This document shows, in pieces, positions 39,809 to 49,934 of a stretch of DNA of 64,000 bases. The translations under genes were made by a program, and so were the position numbers. This stretch comes from a virus. Within the stretch, counting starts at the first letter, position 1. Every line of letters starts with the position of its first letter. The notes under the pieces are model-generated. The model saw only the letters and a program-made list of their open reading frames with translations. It made no database searches and was not told the DNA's origin. The DNA is taken from IMG/VR virus record IMGVR_UViG_3300046311_000263, positions 13,376-77,375 of that record; one strand, 5' to 3'.

Positions 39809-41239
39809 TCAGGCAGAGAAGTAACGAATACGTAGATCGTTAGCAGCTGCAATATCGTAAATAGCTGTAGCTCCTGCAATGTTGCTGTGTCCCTGCGCGG
39901 TAAAATTAATAGTAGTGGAAATAACGTCAGCAGTTTCTACTGTAGGTACTTGTAGTAAGCAACCTGGCATTAACACTTCTACCTTAGTAAGGTTAGCTAA
40001 GCCGCCGATTTCAATCTGAGTGTAAAACTTAGTTTCCGAAGCGTTTAGGGTCAGAATGTCCTTTAGTAGCTGCGCTGATAGGTTTGTACCTACTCTTAAA
40101 TACGCAGTAACGTTACCACTGATAGAACGCGAACCAGTAAAGTAACCAATAGGCTCGTTAACAACTCCAAGGTTACTAGGAGTAATATAGTTAACGTTGT
40201 TGGCGATAGTAATATTACCACCTGTCAACGCTACTGTGTAAGTAGTACCACCACTTCCACCAATGTTACCCTTTAGCTGCATTGTGGACAGCTTATTAGT
40301 AATATAGTTAGCAGTAGTTTCCTTGGCTTTAGCAGTACCTGTAGCTAAACCGGTTCCACCGAATACGGCAGGGTTAGCTGTAGAGATAGTAGCAGTATCA
40401 ATATAGTTAAGCTTAGTGCCCTTGATAGTCCAAGCAATCGTTGCAATACCGTCTAGTGAGAAGTCGATTGACGCCTGATCTACAACGCAGTTGTCGATGG
40501 CGTATACTGCGTTATCTACTAAGAAAATCATACCAAACTTTTGTAGCTGGTTCTTATTAGATAGAGCTGAAGTTACTTGACCGAACGCAGCGTTACCTGC
40601 TTGGGCGATATTATCTGTCCATGCTGAAGTGTTAAACTTAACAGCAGTAGTTGCACTAGGGGCTGCGCTTGTAGGAGCATCTAGGTAAGTTAATACGATG
40701 CTGGTAGCGGTTAGAGTTTTAACCCTTGCTGGGGCGTTATAGTCGGGGCCAGAGGCGCCTGTAAAGCCGCTCATGTTGTATACTTCACCTACCACAACAC
40801 CAGCAAAGGTCATCGCAGTTCCAGCAATAGTAAGTTCGCCAGTACCAGCGCTATAAGTAGTTGCCAGGGTTACTGTACCACCTAGAGCTACCGAAGTGCC
40901 CATAGCTACATCGGAGAATATTGCGTTCCATAGAACGCTTTCTTCTGCATTAACGGAGGTAGAGGGTTTGTGAGGGCGAATATATGTAGAGAAAGTAATA
41001 TCTACCGGATCTAGAGTAACGTTGAATGCTCTCTGTCCACGAACAGGGGCGCTACCTGCTTCAGCAATCTGAATGGTAGTTTGCTGAGTTGACTGTGTAA
41101 AGCTAAATCCGTCTAATACCTGAATTTCAGTGGTATTAGCGCTGGTAACTGTGGCACCGGAACGTTCAATAACACCAGTACTGGCGTTTACGTTTGTAGT
41201 GAAGAATAGTCTACTATTACGTACTAAGTTAAATGACAT
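39809..41239 (-). CDS. Major tail (tube) protein, pb6-like
   Basis: LVRNSRLF, EIQVLDGFSF, FSTYIRP, DFSLDGIATIAW, FTGSRSISG. Confidence 0.92.
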   Translation of the reverse strand: MSFNLVRNSRLFFTTNVNASTGVIERSGATVTSANTTEIQVLDGFSFTQSTQQTTIQIAEAGSAPVRGQRAFNVTLDPVDITFSTYIRPHKPSTSVNAEESVLWNAIFSDVAMGTSVALGGTVTLATTYSAGTGELTIAGTAMTFAGVVVGEVYNMSGFTGASGPDYNAPARVKTLTATSIVLTYLDAPTSAAPSATTAVKFNTSAWTDNIAQAGNAAFGQVTSALSNKNQLQKFGMIFLVDNAVYAIDNCVVDQASIDFSLDGIATIAWTIKGTKLNYIDTATISTANPAVFGGTGLATGTAKAKETTANYITNKLSTMQLKGNIGGSGGTTYTVALTGGNITIANNVNYITPSNLGVVNEPIGYFTGSRSISGNVTAYLRVGTNLSAQLLKDILTLNASETKFYTQIEIGGLANLTKVEVLMPGCLLQVPTVETADVISTTINFTAQGHSNIAGATAIYDIAAANDLRIRYFSA

Positions 41240-41340
41240 AATGTCTTCCTTATTTATTGTATATACGTTAGTACGCTAACTAGATAATTATCTGTGATTG
41301 GTACATGTGTATATATTTTCGTACTAAGAGGTACGATAAC

Positions 41341-41784
41341 TCATTTCATTATTTGGTAGCGTACAAGGAGATTTATCTCTCCTACGCCGTACGGAGCAAG
41401 TAGTCCTTCATCCGTAGTAATAGAGGTTATAGAAATTTCGGAAGTAGTATGGTTATTAGTAGAGTCGTAGGTTATAACACCCAGAGTACTGTCTAATACT
41501 TTTTCTACATCCTCTAGTAATAATTCTAGCTCGTCTTGAGGGTTCTCTCCCTTAGTGTACACTTTTATAGATACACTAAGGAAGCCCCAGGAGAAGTTGG
41601 AAGGCATATAGTCTCTCGATTCAGACCCTGCAACTACATATACGCAGGGAAAATCATTGACTTCGTCCCAGAATTTTAACTTTGCGAATACATTACCATA
41701 CAGATTAGAAGTATATGTAGAGTTTCCATCAATCACCTTTAACTGTTCAGTTATTGCTTTTACAATACTTGTTCTTTTACTCAT
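41341..41784 (-). CDS. Tail terminator protein
   Basis: RTSIVKA, ITTDEGLLAPYG; T5 synteny. Confidence 0.88.
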   Translation of the reverse strand: MSKRTSIVKAITEQLKVIDGNSTYTSNLYGNVFAKLKFWDEVNDFPCVYVVAGSESRDYMPSNFSWGFLSVSIKVYTKGENPQDELELLLEDVEKVLDSTLGVITYDSTNNHTTSEISITSITTDEGLLAPYGVGEINLLVRYQIMK

Positions 41785-43247
41785 ACTAGTACTGCCCTTA
41801 GTCTATTACCTACCTGCTCAGCGGCTATATCTCGTACACTTCTAGAAATTAACAACTTAGGGTCTCTTGTTTTGGGAAATTCTTGACGCCCTCCTTGAGA
41901 GAACGTAGCATAAGGATTGCGCATATAACTATAAAACGCTGTAACCATTCCAGCTCTGGATTCGCTTAGGCGCTCTACTCTCACGGACTCAGCAAATCTA
42001 CCTGATTGTAGATTAAGTACGTTTGAGGAGCTTCCGTCGCCCATGTTCTGTTTAACTTGCTGAACTATATTAGCTTGTAGTAGTACAAGTAAGCTTGGTA
42101 GGCTAATTAAACTGGTTGTACTGATAGAGTTTATAGCTTGTACAACTGGACTCGCTGAACTAGTTGTTTTTAATTTAGCTTTAATACCTTTTAACTTAGA
42201 TATTAAAGTCTTATTATTAGCTGGCTTATCAACTTTAATAGTTCTAGCAGCTATTTTTGTTTTAGGTACTCTATAAACTTTTTTACTTACGGGAGTACCT
42301 TCTACAATATTAGCTAGTTTTTGTGCTAGTAAATCTATGAAAGAAGGAGATCCTTTGGTATTTAATAGAGATTCACCTAAAGCTGGAGACTTAGCTATAA
42401 CCGCTTCCAGATCTTTATTATTGACAGAAAATATAGAGCGCAATTCCGTAACGGCTAATATTGACTTTCTACCAGATTCTTGGTTCAAGGCCTGGCCTTG
42501 TATTTCTACTAAATATTTGTCAGAGCTTTTAATGTAGCTTGCGTATAGTTCCTGATTTACAGCGTCCGGTAGGTTAGCCGAAGCTAAGTCGTCCGCCTGT
42601 AATTTAGCAATATATTTATCTAGGACTTCTACCAGAAGCTTTCGCTGACCTTCTGCTAACTCGGTAGCAGAAGCAACTTTATCTCTAAATTCTTTAGATA
42701 AGTTAGTAGCAATACTAACTACGTGACCTTTGTTAAAATACTTACCAAAACCTATTTCTTTAGCTGCCTTTTCTATAGCGTTAAAACGCTTTTTACGTTC
42801 TGCCGCTGATATTGATTTATCTGCCGCTAAGGAGGCTTTGTTTTCTAACTCAAATTTATCTCTAGCTTCAAAGTAGGCTTCTTGTACATCGTCGTACTCA
42901 TCTATTAAATCTCTAACTTTTGTAGAAATAGTATCAAAGCCAATAGAGTCAAACTTTACTGCTCTATCTTTACCGTTTATCTTAATAATAGAGTTTGGAG
43001 TCTTATCTCCTGCGGCTATTTTGTCAATAAATAATTTAGCTTCAAAACTAGGTAGTGACTTACCCGTAATAGTTTTAAATATATCTTGTACGTTTTTCTC
43101 AGATAATATAAAAGACGTCTTGCTAGCACTCTGCTGACTGGCACGTAGAGCATCTACTGTGCTATTAACTATATTAGCGTCCAGTTTTTCTAGCCAGTCT
43201 GTATAGACTTTGCTCTTAATTACAGCGCTAAATGCATCAACAGACAT
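41781..43247 (-). CDS. Tail completion protein with long N-terminal extension
   Basis: C-terminal SGRFAESV, YMRNPY, RDPKLLI; 488 aa. Confidence 0.75.
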   Translation of the reverse strand: MSVDAFSAVIKSKVYTDWLEKLDANIVNSTVDALRASQQSASKTSFILSEKNVQDIFKTITGKSLPSFEAKLFIDKIAAGDKTPNSIIKINGKDRAVKFDSIGFDTISTKVRDLIDEYDDVQEAYFEARDKFELENKASLAADKSISAAERKKRFNAIEKAAKEIGFGKYFNKGHVVSIATNLSKEFRDKVASATELAEGQRKLLVEVLDKYIAKLQADDLASANLPDAVNQELYASYIKSSDKYLVEIQGQALNQESGRKSILAVTELRSIFSVNNKDLEAVIAKSPALGESLLNTKGSPSFIDLLAQKLANIVEGTPVSKKVYRVPKTKIAARTIKVDKPANNKTLISKLKGIKAKLKTTSSASPVVQAINSISTTSLISLPSLLVLLQANIVQQVKQNMGDGSSSNVLNLQSGRFAESVRVERLSESRAGMVTAFYSYMRNPYATFSQGGRQEFPKTRDPKLLISRSVRDIAAEQVGNRLRAVLV

Positions 43248-43817
43248 TTAATCATAACTCCCTCGATATAGATCAAGCACGCGCTTAATATGTGCAGGTA
43301 AATTAGTGCTGGTTACGTACTCTATCTGTACTGAATTTGTACCTGGAGCCTTAGGGCTATGAATAGCCATGTCGTTCTTTAGATAGTATCCAACTAAGTC
43401 TAATACTGCTACTTTTAAATCTTCAGGTAGTATTTCGTAGCCGCCTGTATAAGTTATCTTGTATCCGTTTATGTACTTAGGGAACGTTTCCGAAGCTGTA
43501 CAATATAAAGCGTCGTCTTCCTGGTCAAATACATATTGGTTATACAGTTCTAATTCTGTGTAGGTCTGACCGTAATCGTAACTAATCTCAACGGAGGATA
43601 AATTAATTACAGGATATTCTTTTAGATATATCTTAGAGCTTCCATTACCGCTAGTAACTTCAATTTTAGCGTCTGAAACATAATCCACAAAAGTTCTACG
43701 ACATAGATTCTTTACTAGTGCAGAAACTTTAGGAATTACGTTGTTAATTGCGGCATCTTGAGTACTACTAGATATACCAGCGTATGCCTTATATTCTGCT
43801 AGAGTAACTAGATCCAT
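43248..43817 (-). CDS. Head completion/head-tail adaptor
   Basis: ITYTGGY, PEDLKVA, PAHIKRVLDLYR. Confidence 0.88.
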   Translation of the reverse strand: MDLVTLAEYKAYAGISSSTQDAAINNVIPKVSALVKNLCRRTFVDYVSDAKIEVTSGNGSSKIYLKEYPVINLSSVEISYDYGQTYTELELYNQYVFDQEDDALYCTASETFPKYINGYKITYTGGYEILPEDLKVAVLDLVGYYLKNDMAIHSPKAPGTNSVQIEYVTSTNLPAHIKRVLDLYRGSYD

Positions 43818-43833
43818 TTTTATTATCCTTTAG

Positions 43834-43895
43834 TGTCTTTTATAAACTGTCATATCTGGACAGTTTATAAAAGACAAGGGCCGAAGCCCTTGTCT
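43834..43895 (-). terminator. Double hairpin/terminator after capsid gene
   Basis: AAGACAAGGGC-CGAA-GCCCTTGTCTT overlapping GTCTTTTATAAACTGTC...GACAGTTTATAAAAGAC. Confidence 0.75.
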
Positions 43896-43902
43896 TAAGA
43901 TA

Positions 43903-45873
43903 TTATACTAACCAACGGAAGGTAGAAACACCTAAGCCGTTTACAGTACTGATCTGAGTCATACCCATACGTAGACTTGCTACTAGAACCTTACGCTGTT
44001 CGGCAACGATATCATCAGTGTCGAAACGTAGACCACGTTGAGTACCAAGCAAGAAGTTACTTGCGTTAATAGCGATCGCGCCAACGTTGGTAACGATACC
44101 AGGAGCAGTGTTTGCACCCGAAGTCTTAGCAGGTAGTTCAGCGCTAACTACAACAGGAGATCCACCTACCATACCAACCTGACCAGTTAGGATAGTAGCC
44201 TTATCGCCCACTTTATCCATTGTCTGGAATAGTGCGTCTTCCATTAGATCGTAATATGCTTCGGTGTTAACAACGTAAACAACTTCCGAAGGATCAAGAC
44301 CCCATGCACCTAAGTCTTTACGTAGAGCACGTAGATGAGCAGTGGTGAACGCGTTAGCAACCTGAGCAGTAACGGCCGAAACTTCGTCGTACTTAGCTAA
44401 ACCCTTGATAGGATCGGTAGTTCCGTTCGCTGTACCTAAGAAGATAGCACGATCAACTGAACGAGCTGTACGACGAACCATAGCGTCGCGCACGATAGGA
44501 AGAATAACGATTAGTGAATCTTCTTCTTCTTCAAAGTTCATGTACTCTTTAGTAGCTAGCTTGTAGGTATTTAGAGTCACTTCTTTCAGAGCGTGAGTAG
44601 CGGCAGCACCAGAGGAGTTATCGGTACCGAACTGAGCGTTAGTAACCCATGTTCCTAGACCAGCTTCAGGGTTAACTGGGAAGCTCATCACGTTAGTCTG
44701 CATAGGTACCGAGCGAATTCCTAGATCGCCAGACACTAGACGACGACGGATTTCAGCTTCCATAGTCATAGAAACTTCGTGTTCCCAGGTCTGCGAAGGT
44801 AGGTGAGCACTAGTAGCAGCACCGGCACCCAGAGCCTTAGTAATTACGCTCTTACCGAAATTAGTATTTTCGATAGACTTACCCATAATCTTAGCTAGGA
44901 AAACGGCCTTTTCCTTATCAGCATAGGATACTGCATCTTTCTGGCTGCCTTCGGCAAAGGTCATCTTGCTACGCTGTAGTGCTGCAACTTCAGCAGCCTT
45001 TTCAGCGATGGTAGCGTGTAGACCGTCTAGAACGTTCTTTGTCTTTTCGGCTTCGTCGGAGAAACGCTTCTCGATCTCGGCCAATAGCTTTTCGCTACCA
45101 GTTGTCGAAGGAGTAACTTTAGCTACAGCTTCAGCGATACGCTTTTGCATAATAGCTTCTTCTTCAGCTGCTTTTTCACGAGCAGCAACTTCAGCCTTTT
45201 GGGCGTCTAATATGCTCTTAGTAGCAGTTTCGGCAGCATTTTTAGCTGCGGCATCAAGCATAGCTTGTAATTCTTTTGGATCCATTCCAATTTCCTTATG
45301 ATTTTTGCTCTTTACCGAAGCGGGATGTTCTAGCCCTTTAGCTGAGCTGTCCTCTTTCGTAAATTGCTGTTTAAATAACTTATATTCTTCGTCGGTTTCA
45401 AACGACTTAGATAAAACAAAAAGTGTATCTTGATTACACGGAACTGCTACTATCGAAATCTCTAATAGCTCTAACTCTTTAATTACAAATAGTTCAGTAA
45501 CAGAATTATATTCTGCGTCCTTTACTCTAAACCCTATACTAAGGGCTGTTAATACACCGTCTTTAACCAGGTTAAATACTTCTGAAGCGGCAGAAATTCT
45601 GGCCTTTATCCATAATCCCTTAGAGTCTATTTTATGCTCTACCATTCTACCGACTGGATCGTCGTGGTCATGATATGCAAGAATTATAGGATTTTTTAGA
45701 TAATTCTGAAGACCTTTTTCCCAGACAGAGCTAGGAACCACGTCCCCATCTCTATCTGGTTCATTTGAACTAGCATATCCAGTAATATAAATACTGTCAA
45801 TAGGCTCGTCAGCTGTAGGTAGTTCTTTTGTAAACTGGCTATCTAGATGGATTATCTTATTCTTATAGTCCAT
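43903..45873 (-). CDS. HK97-type prohead protease fused in frame to major capsid protein (internal start 45285)
   Basis: Protease motifs ILAYHD, LSIGF, EISIVAVPCN; coiled-coil scaffold then HK97 fold; internal AAGGA SD and ATG. Confidence 0.93.
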   Translation of the reverse strand: MDYKNKIIHLDSQFTKELPTADEPIDSIYITGYASSNEPDRDGDVVPSSVWEKGLQNYLKNPIILAYHDHDDPVGRMVEHKIDSKGLWIKARISAASEVFNLVKDGVLTALSIGFRVKDAEYNSVTELFVIKELELLEISIVAVPCNQDTLFVLSKSFETDEEYKLFKQQFTKEDSSAKGLEHPASVKSKNHKEIGMDPKELQAMLDAAAKNAAETATKSILDAQKAEVAAREKAAEEEAIMQKRIAEAVAKVTPSTTGSEKLLAEIEKRFSDEAEKTKNVLDGLHATIAEKAAEVAALQRSKMTFAEGSQKDAVSYADKEKAVFLAKIMGKSIENTNFGKSVITKALGAGAATSAHLPSQTWEHEVSMTMEAEIRRRLVSGDLGIRSVPMQTNVMSFPVNPEAGLGTWVTNAQFGTDNSSGAAATHALKEVTLNTYKLATKEYMNFEEEEDSLIVILPIVRDAMVRRTARSVDRAIFLGTANGTTDPIKGLAKYDEVSAVTAQVANAFTTAHLRALRKDLGAWGLDPSEVVYVVNTEAYYDLMEDALFQTMDKVGDKATILTGQVGMVGGSPVVVSAELPAKTSGANTAPGIVTNVGAIAINASNFLLGTQRGLRFDTDDIVAEQRKVLVASLRMGMTQISTVNGLGVSTFRWLV

Positions 45874-45907
45874 AATTTTCCTTTGATAGCATTTTTATGT
45901 TGTTCCA

Positions 45908-45936
45908 ATTATAGCATTGTAGCAACAGGTAGTCAA
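45908..45936 (-). promoter_or_regulatory. sigma70-type promoter
   Basis: TTGACT-17-TATAAT with TG. Confidence 0.85.
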
Positions 45937-45952
45937 GGTGTATTTTTTCTAC

Positions 45953-47140
45953 CTATTCTTTTGGTTTTGTGACGGGACGGCCGCCTTTAGAAGGATCCAC
46001 AGCTGATCCAGCAATATTAGCAGGTATTCTAAGCGTGTCACTCTCTGCATCCTTATCTTTTTCATATCTCAGTTCTGTACGTGCCTCGTTAACTGTTAAT
46101 ATACCACCGTTAACTAGGGTTGTATGATATGCTGCGATATCTTTAAGTTCTGGCTGCAGTGCTGAGATATTTGTGGTTATGGCCTCTATGTCATAGCCGT
46201 ACATTTGTTCTATACAAGAAACAAATTTACGTACTATAGGCAGTACGGTCTCCAAGTAAAATAGGCGCAGGTTTGGAGAAATATTGGCTTGGTTTCCTCC
46301 ATCCAGTAAAACTGGGGGTACGCCAAGTGTTTCTAGGACTTTAACATTATGAGTTTTAATGCTGGTGTCAAAATCCAGATCTTTAAAGTTGGAAGTAAAT
46401 AGCTGAACGGGCTTAAGTCCACTATCAATAATAATAGGTCTGCGTGCAGAATTCTTTACATTGTACTTGGCAACCCAGTTATTGATTGTACGTTCCTTAG
46501 CTTGAGCGCTAAGTGTATTATCAGTAGCTAGTGCAAATCCTGGAATAGCGCCGTTATCGAAGAAAGTTTGCTGAAAGTCAGTCATCTTTGTAAGGATGGT
46601 TAGTGACTTAGTAGCAGCGGACAATCTACTAGTACCTCTGTAGATGCTAGTAGAACTGGCGTCTCGGAAGTAAAATACCTCATCTGCCCTAAATTCAGTC
46701 TGACCCGCGTAGCGGTAGCCAGCAATAAACGTCTTAGGATCAGGTAGTATTTCTACGTCGCTAGCAGGCAAGTGGTATAGGAACGCTCCGTCATAGTAAA
46801 TGAATGCATTACCTTCCAGCAGGAAATCAGTAAATAGTGCAGTTCTAAATGCTTGTACTGATTGGTAAGGATTAGGACGATAGTTTAACAAGCTATTAAG
46901 AGTCTTTACTCGCATAGCTGGAATAGTACCTTCCGAGTGCTTATCCTTAATATCGTAGTCTAGAGAGGCACACGCAGAGACTATCATGTTTATTCCGCGG
47001 TTTACAACCTCAACTGTACTAAAAGCAGTTAGATAAGAGGTAGGTTGTGTAGTCCCTACCTGGGTGCCCTCATCAGAGTATATGTGAGGCTGAGCTGGAT
47101 TCATCTTTTCTTTGATCCAGCCCATAATAGTATTAGCCAT
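45953..47140 (-). CDS. Portal protein
   Basis: LLNYRPNPYQ, GNAF, FFDNGA, LGVPPVLL, GILTVNEAR. Confidence 0.95.
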   Translation of the reverse strand: MANTIMGWIKEKMNPAQPHIYSDEGTQVGTTQPTSYLTAFSTVEVVNRGINMIVSACASLDYDIKDKHSEGTIPAMRVKTLNSLLNYRPNPYQSVQAFRTALFTDFLLEGNAFIYYDGAFLYHLPASDVEILPDPKTFIAGYRYAGQTEFRADEVFYFRDASSTSIYRGTSRLSAATKSLTILTKMTDFQQTFFDNGAIPGFALATDNTLSAQAKERTINNWVAKYNVKNSARRPIIIDSGLKPVQLFTSNFKDLDFDTSIKTHNVKVLETLGVPPVLLDGGNQANISPNLRLFYLETVLPIVRKFVSCIEQMYGYDIEAITTNISALQPELKDIAAYHTTLVNGGILTVNEARTELRYEKDKDAESDTLRIPANIAGSAVDPSKGGRPVTKPKE

Positions 47141-47148
47141 TTTGTTCC

Positions 47149-47580
47149 TTACGTGAAGTCGCTAAAGAACGAACCTAGTATCTTAGGCTTGTCTGATACT
47201 ACTCCCGACTGTTTATCGATCTGTTTCTGTATCCAACGCGATTGTTTATCTGCAGTACCTAGAGGAGGCTTCTTGCCGTAAACACCATGAAGCATCACGT
47301 GGTGCTTATTGCATAGTGTAAATACGTCTTCGTAAATCTCTTTATGGTGACTCTCAATAAACTCGTCTCGTACAGCCAGAATACCTTCGTCAGTAGATAT
47401 ATCGTAGCCATTAAGTCTAGCCCAGTTCTCTAACAGTATTGTTATTGAGTGAGTATGATGTAACTCTAAATCTTCAGTAGTTCCGCAAATATGGCAAGTA
47501 TCTTTCTTATCATACGCAGCTTTCGCTCTATCACGTACCCACTTAACAGGAATTCTGTTATTTCCAGTATTCTTAGCCAT
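47149..47580 (-). CDS. HNH nicking endonuclease (T5 Sci-like)
   Basis: CHIC..ELHH..TLCNKHH..LH; between portal and terminase as in T5. Confidence 0.88.
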   Translation of the reverse strand: MAKNTGNNRIPVKWVRDRAKAAYDKKDTCHICGTTEDLELHHTHSITILLENWARLNGYDISTDEGILAVRDEFIESHHKEIYEDVFTLCNKHHVMLHGVYGKKPPLGTADKQSRWIQKQIDKQSGVVSDKPKILGSFFSDFT

Positions 47581-47607
47581 TTTTGTAACCAAAGTTTCAG
47601 TAGTTAA

Positions 47608-47636
47608 ATTATAGCAGCATGCATAAACAATGTCAA
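47608..47636 (-). promoter_or_regulatory. sigma70-type promoter
   Basis: TTGACA-17-TATAAT with TG. Confidence 0.85.
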
Positions 47637-47654
47637 GCTCTTTTTTGCGGACGT

Positions 47655-47686
47655 AAAAAAGCCCGCGTTTTACTGCGGGCTTTTTA
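47655..47686 (-). terminator. Intrinsic terminator after terL
   Basis: AAAAAAGCCCGC...GCGGGCTTTTT. Confidence 0.8.
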
Positions 47687-47687
47687 A

Positions 47688-49004
47688 TCATAAAGTATAC
47701 GTATATACTGCGTACCTTATAGCGTCGGGTATGTGACTGTGCGTATGCAAAGGCTTTTCCTTTGTCAGCGTAGCTTTAGTATCCCATTGATACTGATCAA
47801 GAGCAGCTAGAGTATGTACGCAATGAGGAGAAATCTTTAGTCGATTATTATCTATTAAAGACTGCACATATGCAATACCTGGCAATACGTCTTTCTTAGC
47901 TTTGATAGTGGAAATGTTATAAATGTGTGCTAAATCGGACGCAAATTGTGGCGCTGCTGAGTCTATAAATATGGAGTCTATTTTCCATTTGTCTACAAAC
48001 TCAGCAATAGAAGCAGCGTGCTCTGGTGTATTACGCTCGGCTTCTAAATACTCGTCCACGATATGAAATACGTCGTCTAGTGGGCTATACACTATTACTA
48101 CGAAAGCCGTAGGGTCGCGATACCCAGGGTCTAGGCCAGCTATTACTTCAGTGCCATCAACTGGTAAGTACTCGCAAACATTAGAGTCTACAACGCTATA
48201 AATCTGACCCTCGAATGAGTTAAATGACGCCATGTACTCTTGTTCAAATTCGTTCTTTGACATAGAGTTACGAGCTTCAGCAGCGTCAGACTCAAGCATT
48301 CTATGGTTCTCACGATAGTCAGCTTTAATAGATACCCACTCAGGATACTTATCAGAATACCCACGCTGGAAGAATGTACTGAACCAGTTATTCTTACCGC
48401 GGGGAGTAGAGATAAATATAGCTTTAGAATTCTTACGATCTAGCGTGGGTCGTAGAGATACGTTGAAAGCTGCTTCGCCATCAGCACCTAGAGCAGCTTC
48501 GTCGAAGATAATCAAATTATACGAACGTCCAACTGAAGAGTCTACTGTGGATAAAGATCCCATTCGTACTGAAGAGCCGTTAGATAGCTCAATTACCTTA
48601 TCTTTTAAGTTATCTCTAGCAACCTCTAAATCAAAAGAAGCAATCAAATGACGCTGTATTTCGAACGAGATGGAAGATAGACTGAAGTTAGGAGACATAA
48701 TCAGTACGTTACAGGAAGGTACTAGAGCTACTAACTGCCCAATAATATTAGAAATATAAGTTTTACCCAATCGGCGCGCTAGTGCAGCACAAACAAATCT
48801 AATCCTAGGATCGTTGATTGCATTAATAAGCGCAATCTGGGGGTCATTGATCTGATCCCACGCAGTGGAAGGCTCGTCTGTTACAGGATCGCGCGCTGGT
48901 AATAACTTTAAATACGGTGTGATAGGTAATTTGATAAACCTATCCGCCATTGGAAACTCAGTAATTTCAGTACTAGAGATTCCTGGTCTGCTAATTTCCA
49001 GCAT
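47688..49004 (-). CDS. terL: Terminase large subunit
   Basis: RRLGKT, IFDEAA, ISTPRG, GLDPG, DAIRYA. Confidence 0.96.
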   Translation of the reverse strand: MLEISRPGISSTEITEFPMADRFIKLPITPYLKLLPARDPVTDEPSTAWDQINDPQIALINAINDPRIRFVCAALARRLGKTYISNIIGQLVALVPSCNVLIMSPNFSLSSISFEIQRHLIASFDLEVARDNLKDKVIELSNGSSVRMGSLSTVDSSVGRSYNLIIFDEAALGADGEAAFNVSLRPTLDRKNSKAIFISTPRGKNNWFSTFFQRGYSDKYPEWVSIKADYRENHRMLESDAAEARNSMSKNEFEQEYMASFNSFEGQIYSVVDSNVCEYLPVDGTEVIAGLDPGYRDPTAFVVIVYSPLDDVFHIVDEYLEAERNTPEHAASIAEFVDKWKIDSIFIDSAAPQFASDLAHIYNISTIKAKKDVLPGIAYVQSLIDNNRLKISPHCVHTLAALDQYQWDTKATLTKEKPLHTHSHIPDAIRYAVYTYTL

Positions 49005-49120
49005 ATAGATAGAGAGCCGTTAAACCAACGTATATTATAGAGGCTTTTATAATATCGTACAAAGGGAATAAATGCGATAAGCCTAAAGCTATAACCATAG
49101 GTATCAGTAAAAGGTAATTC

Positions 49121-49600
49121 TTATTCATTGTTAATTATCCCTGAAGTAAGCTGACGAATAAGGTTATCATACTTGGATCCGCCATTGTTAACCTGCACAT
49201 TTAGCTGGTTTTTAATATTAGCTGAACGTGCTTTCTCTAGATCTATTTGTTTAGACATCTCATCCATGGTCATCTTGTGGCTTAGGGCCAGCAATTCAGC
49301 AATATCCTTAGCCGATCCAGTTTCTGATTCTTCCAGTTCCTGAAATTTCTTCTGAATAATAGCATCCATAGCTCTTCGCATTTTGAACCTATTATTAAAC
49401 CCCATATTGAAGAATACGTGATCTATGTAAGCTTTCACTTCTCTGCGATTTAGAGTTTCTGTGACAATTTCGGGAGGAAGGTCTAATTCTTCCGAGGTCG
49501 CTCGTATATCCTGGAGCTGAAGATAACTATTAGCAATTTCCAGGTACTCTGGGCTAATTGCTAGAACTTCGGCGGGGGTGTGTGTTGGTAGATTAGCCAT
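49121..49600 (-). CDS. terS: Terminase small subunit
   Basis: ISPE..IANSYL, SAKDIAELL; immediately upstream of terL. Confidence 0.88.
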   Translation of the reverse strand: MANLPTHTPAEVLAISPEYLEIANSYLQLQDIRATSEELDLPPEIVTETLNRREVKAYIDHVFFNMGFNNRFKMRRAMDAIIQKKFQELEESETGSAKDIAELLALSHKMTMDEMSKQIDLEKARSANIKNQLNVQVNNGGSKYDNLIRQLTSGIINNE

Positions 49601-49626
49601 GGTGTAAAATAAGTGCGATTGGTACA

Positions 49627-49655
49627 ATTATACCACCTAGGGTAATCACGTGCAA
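49627..49655 (-). promoter_or_regulatory. sigma70-type promoter for terS
   Basis: TTGCAC-17-TATAAT with TG. Confidence 0.8.
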
Positions 49656-49934
49656 GTGTATTTTTCTAGGGTTTAAAGCTTACTTGAATAATCTAGGTTA
49701 TTTTGTTAAAATAATGGCTTGGCACCGTAATTGTTTTCTAAAATTTTCTAAATAGGCCTTGGTGGTGGGTGTATAGGCATGGGTGGACATGTTAGTCAAG
49801 TATCCCCCCCAGTATACCACAGTCTCATGGCCCACGGCAAGCTAAAAGATGTAACAACCTGTAACTTATAAGGTTATTGTTGTAGGTTAATTTTCGTGTT
49901 ATACTACGTTCACGCAATCAAAAAGGACTCCCAA

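Noticed and set aside
48546-48554. DnaA box TGTGGATAA
   Set aside because: Single copy inside terL, expected by chance; TTATACCACA in the repeats is better explained as a reverse extended -10
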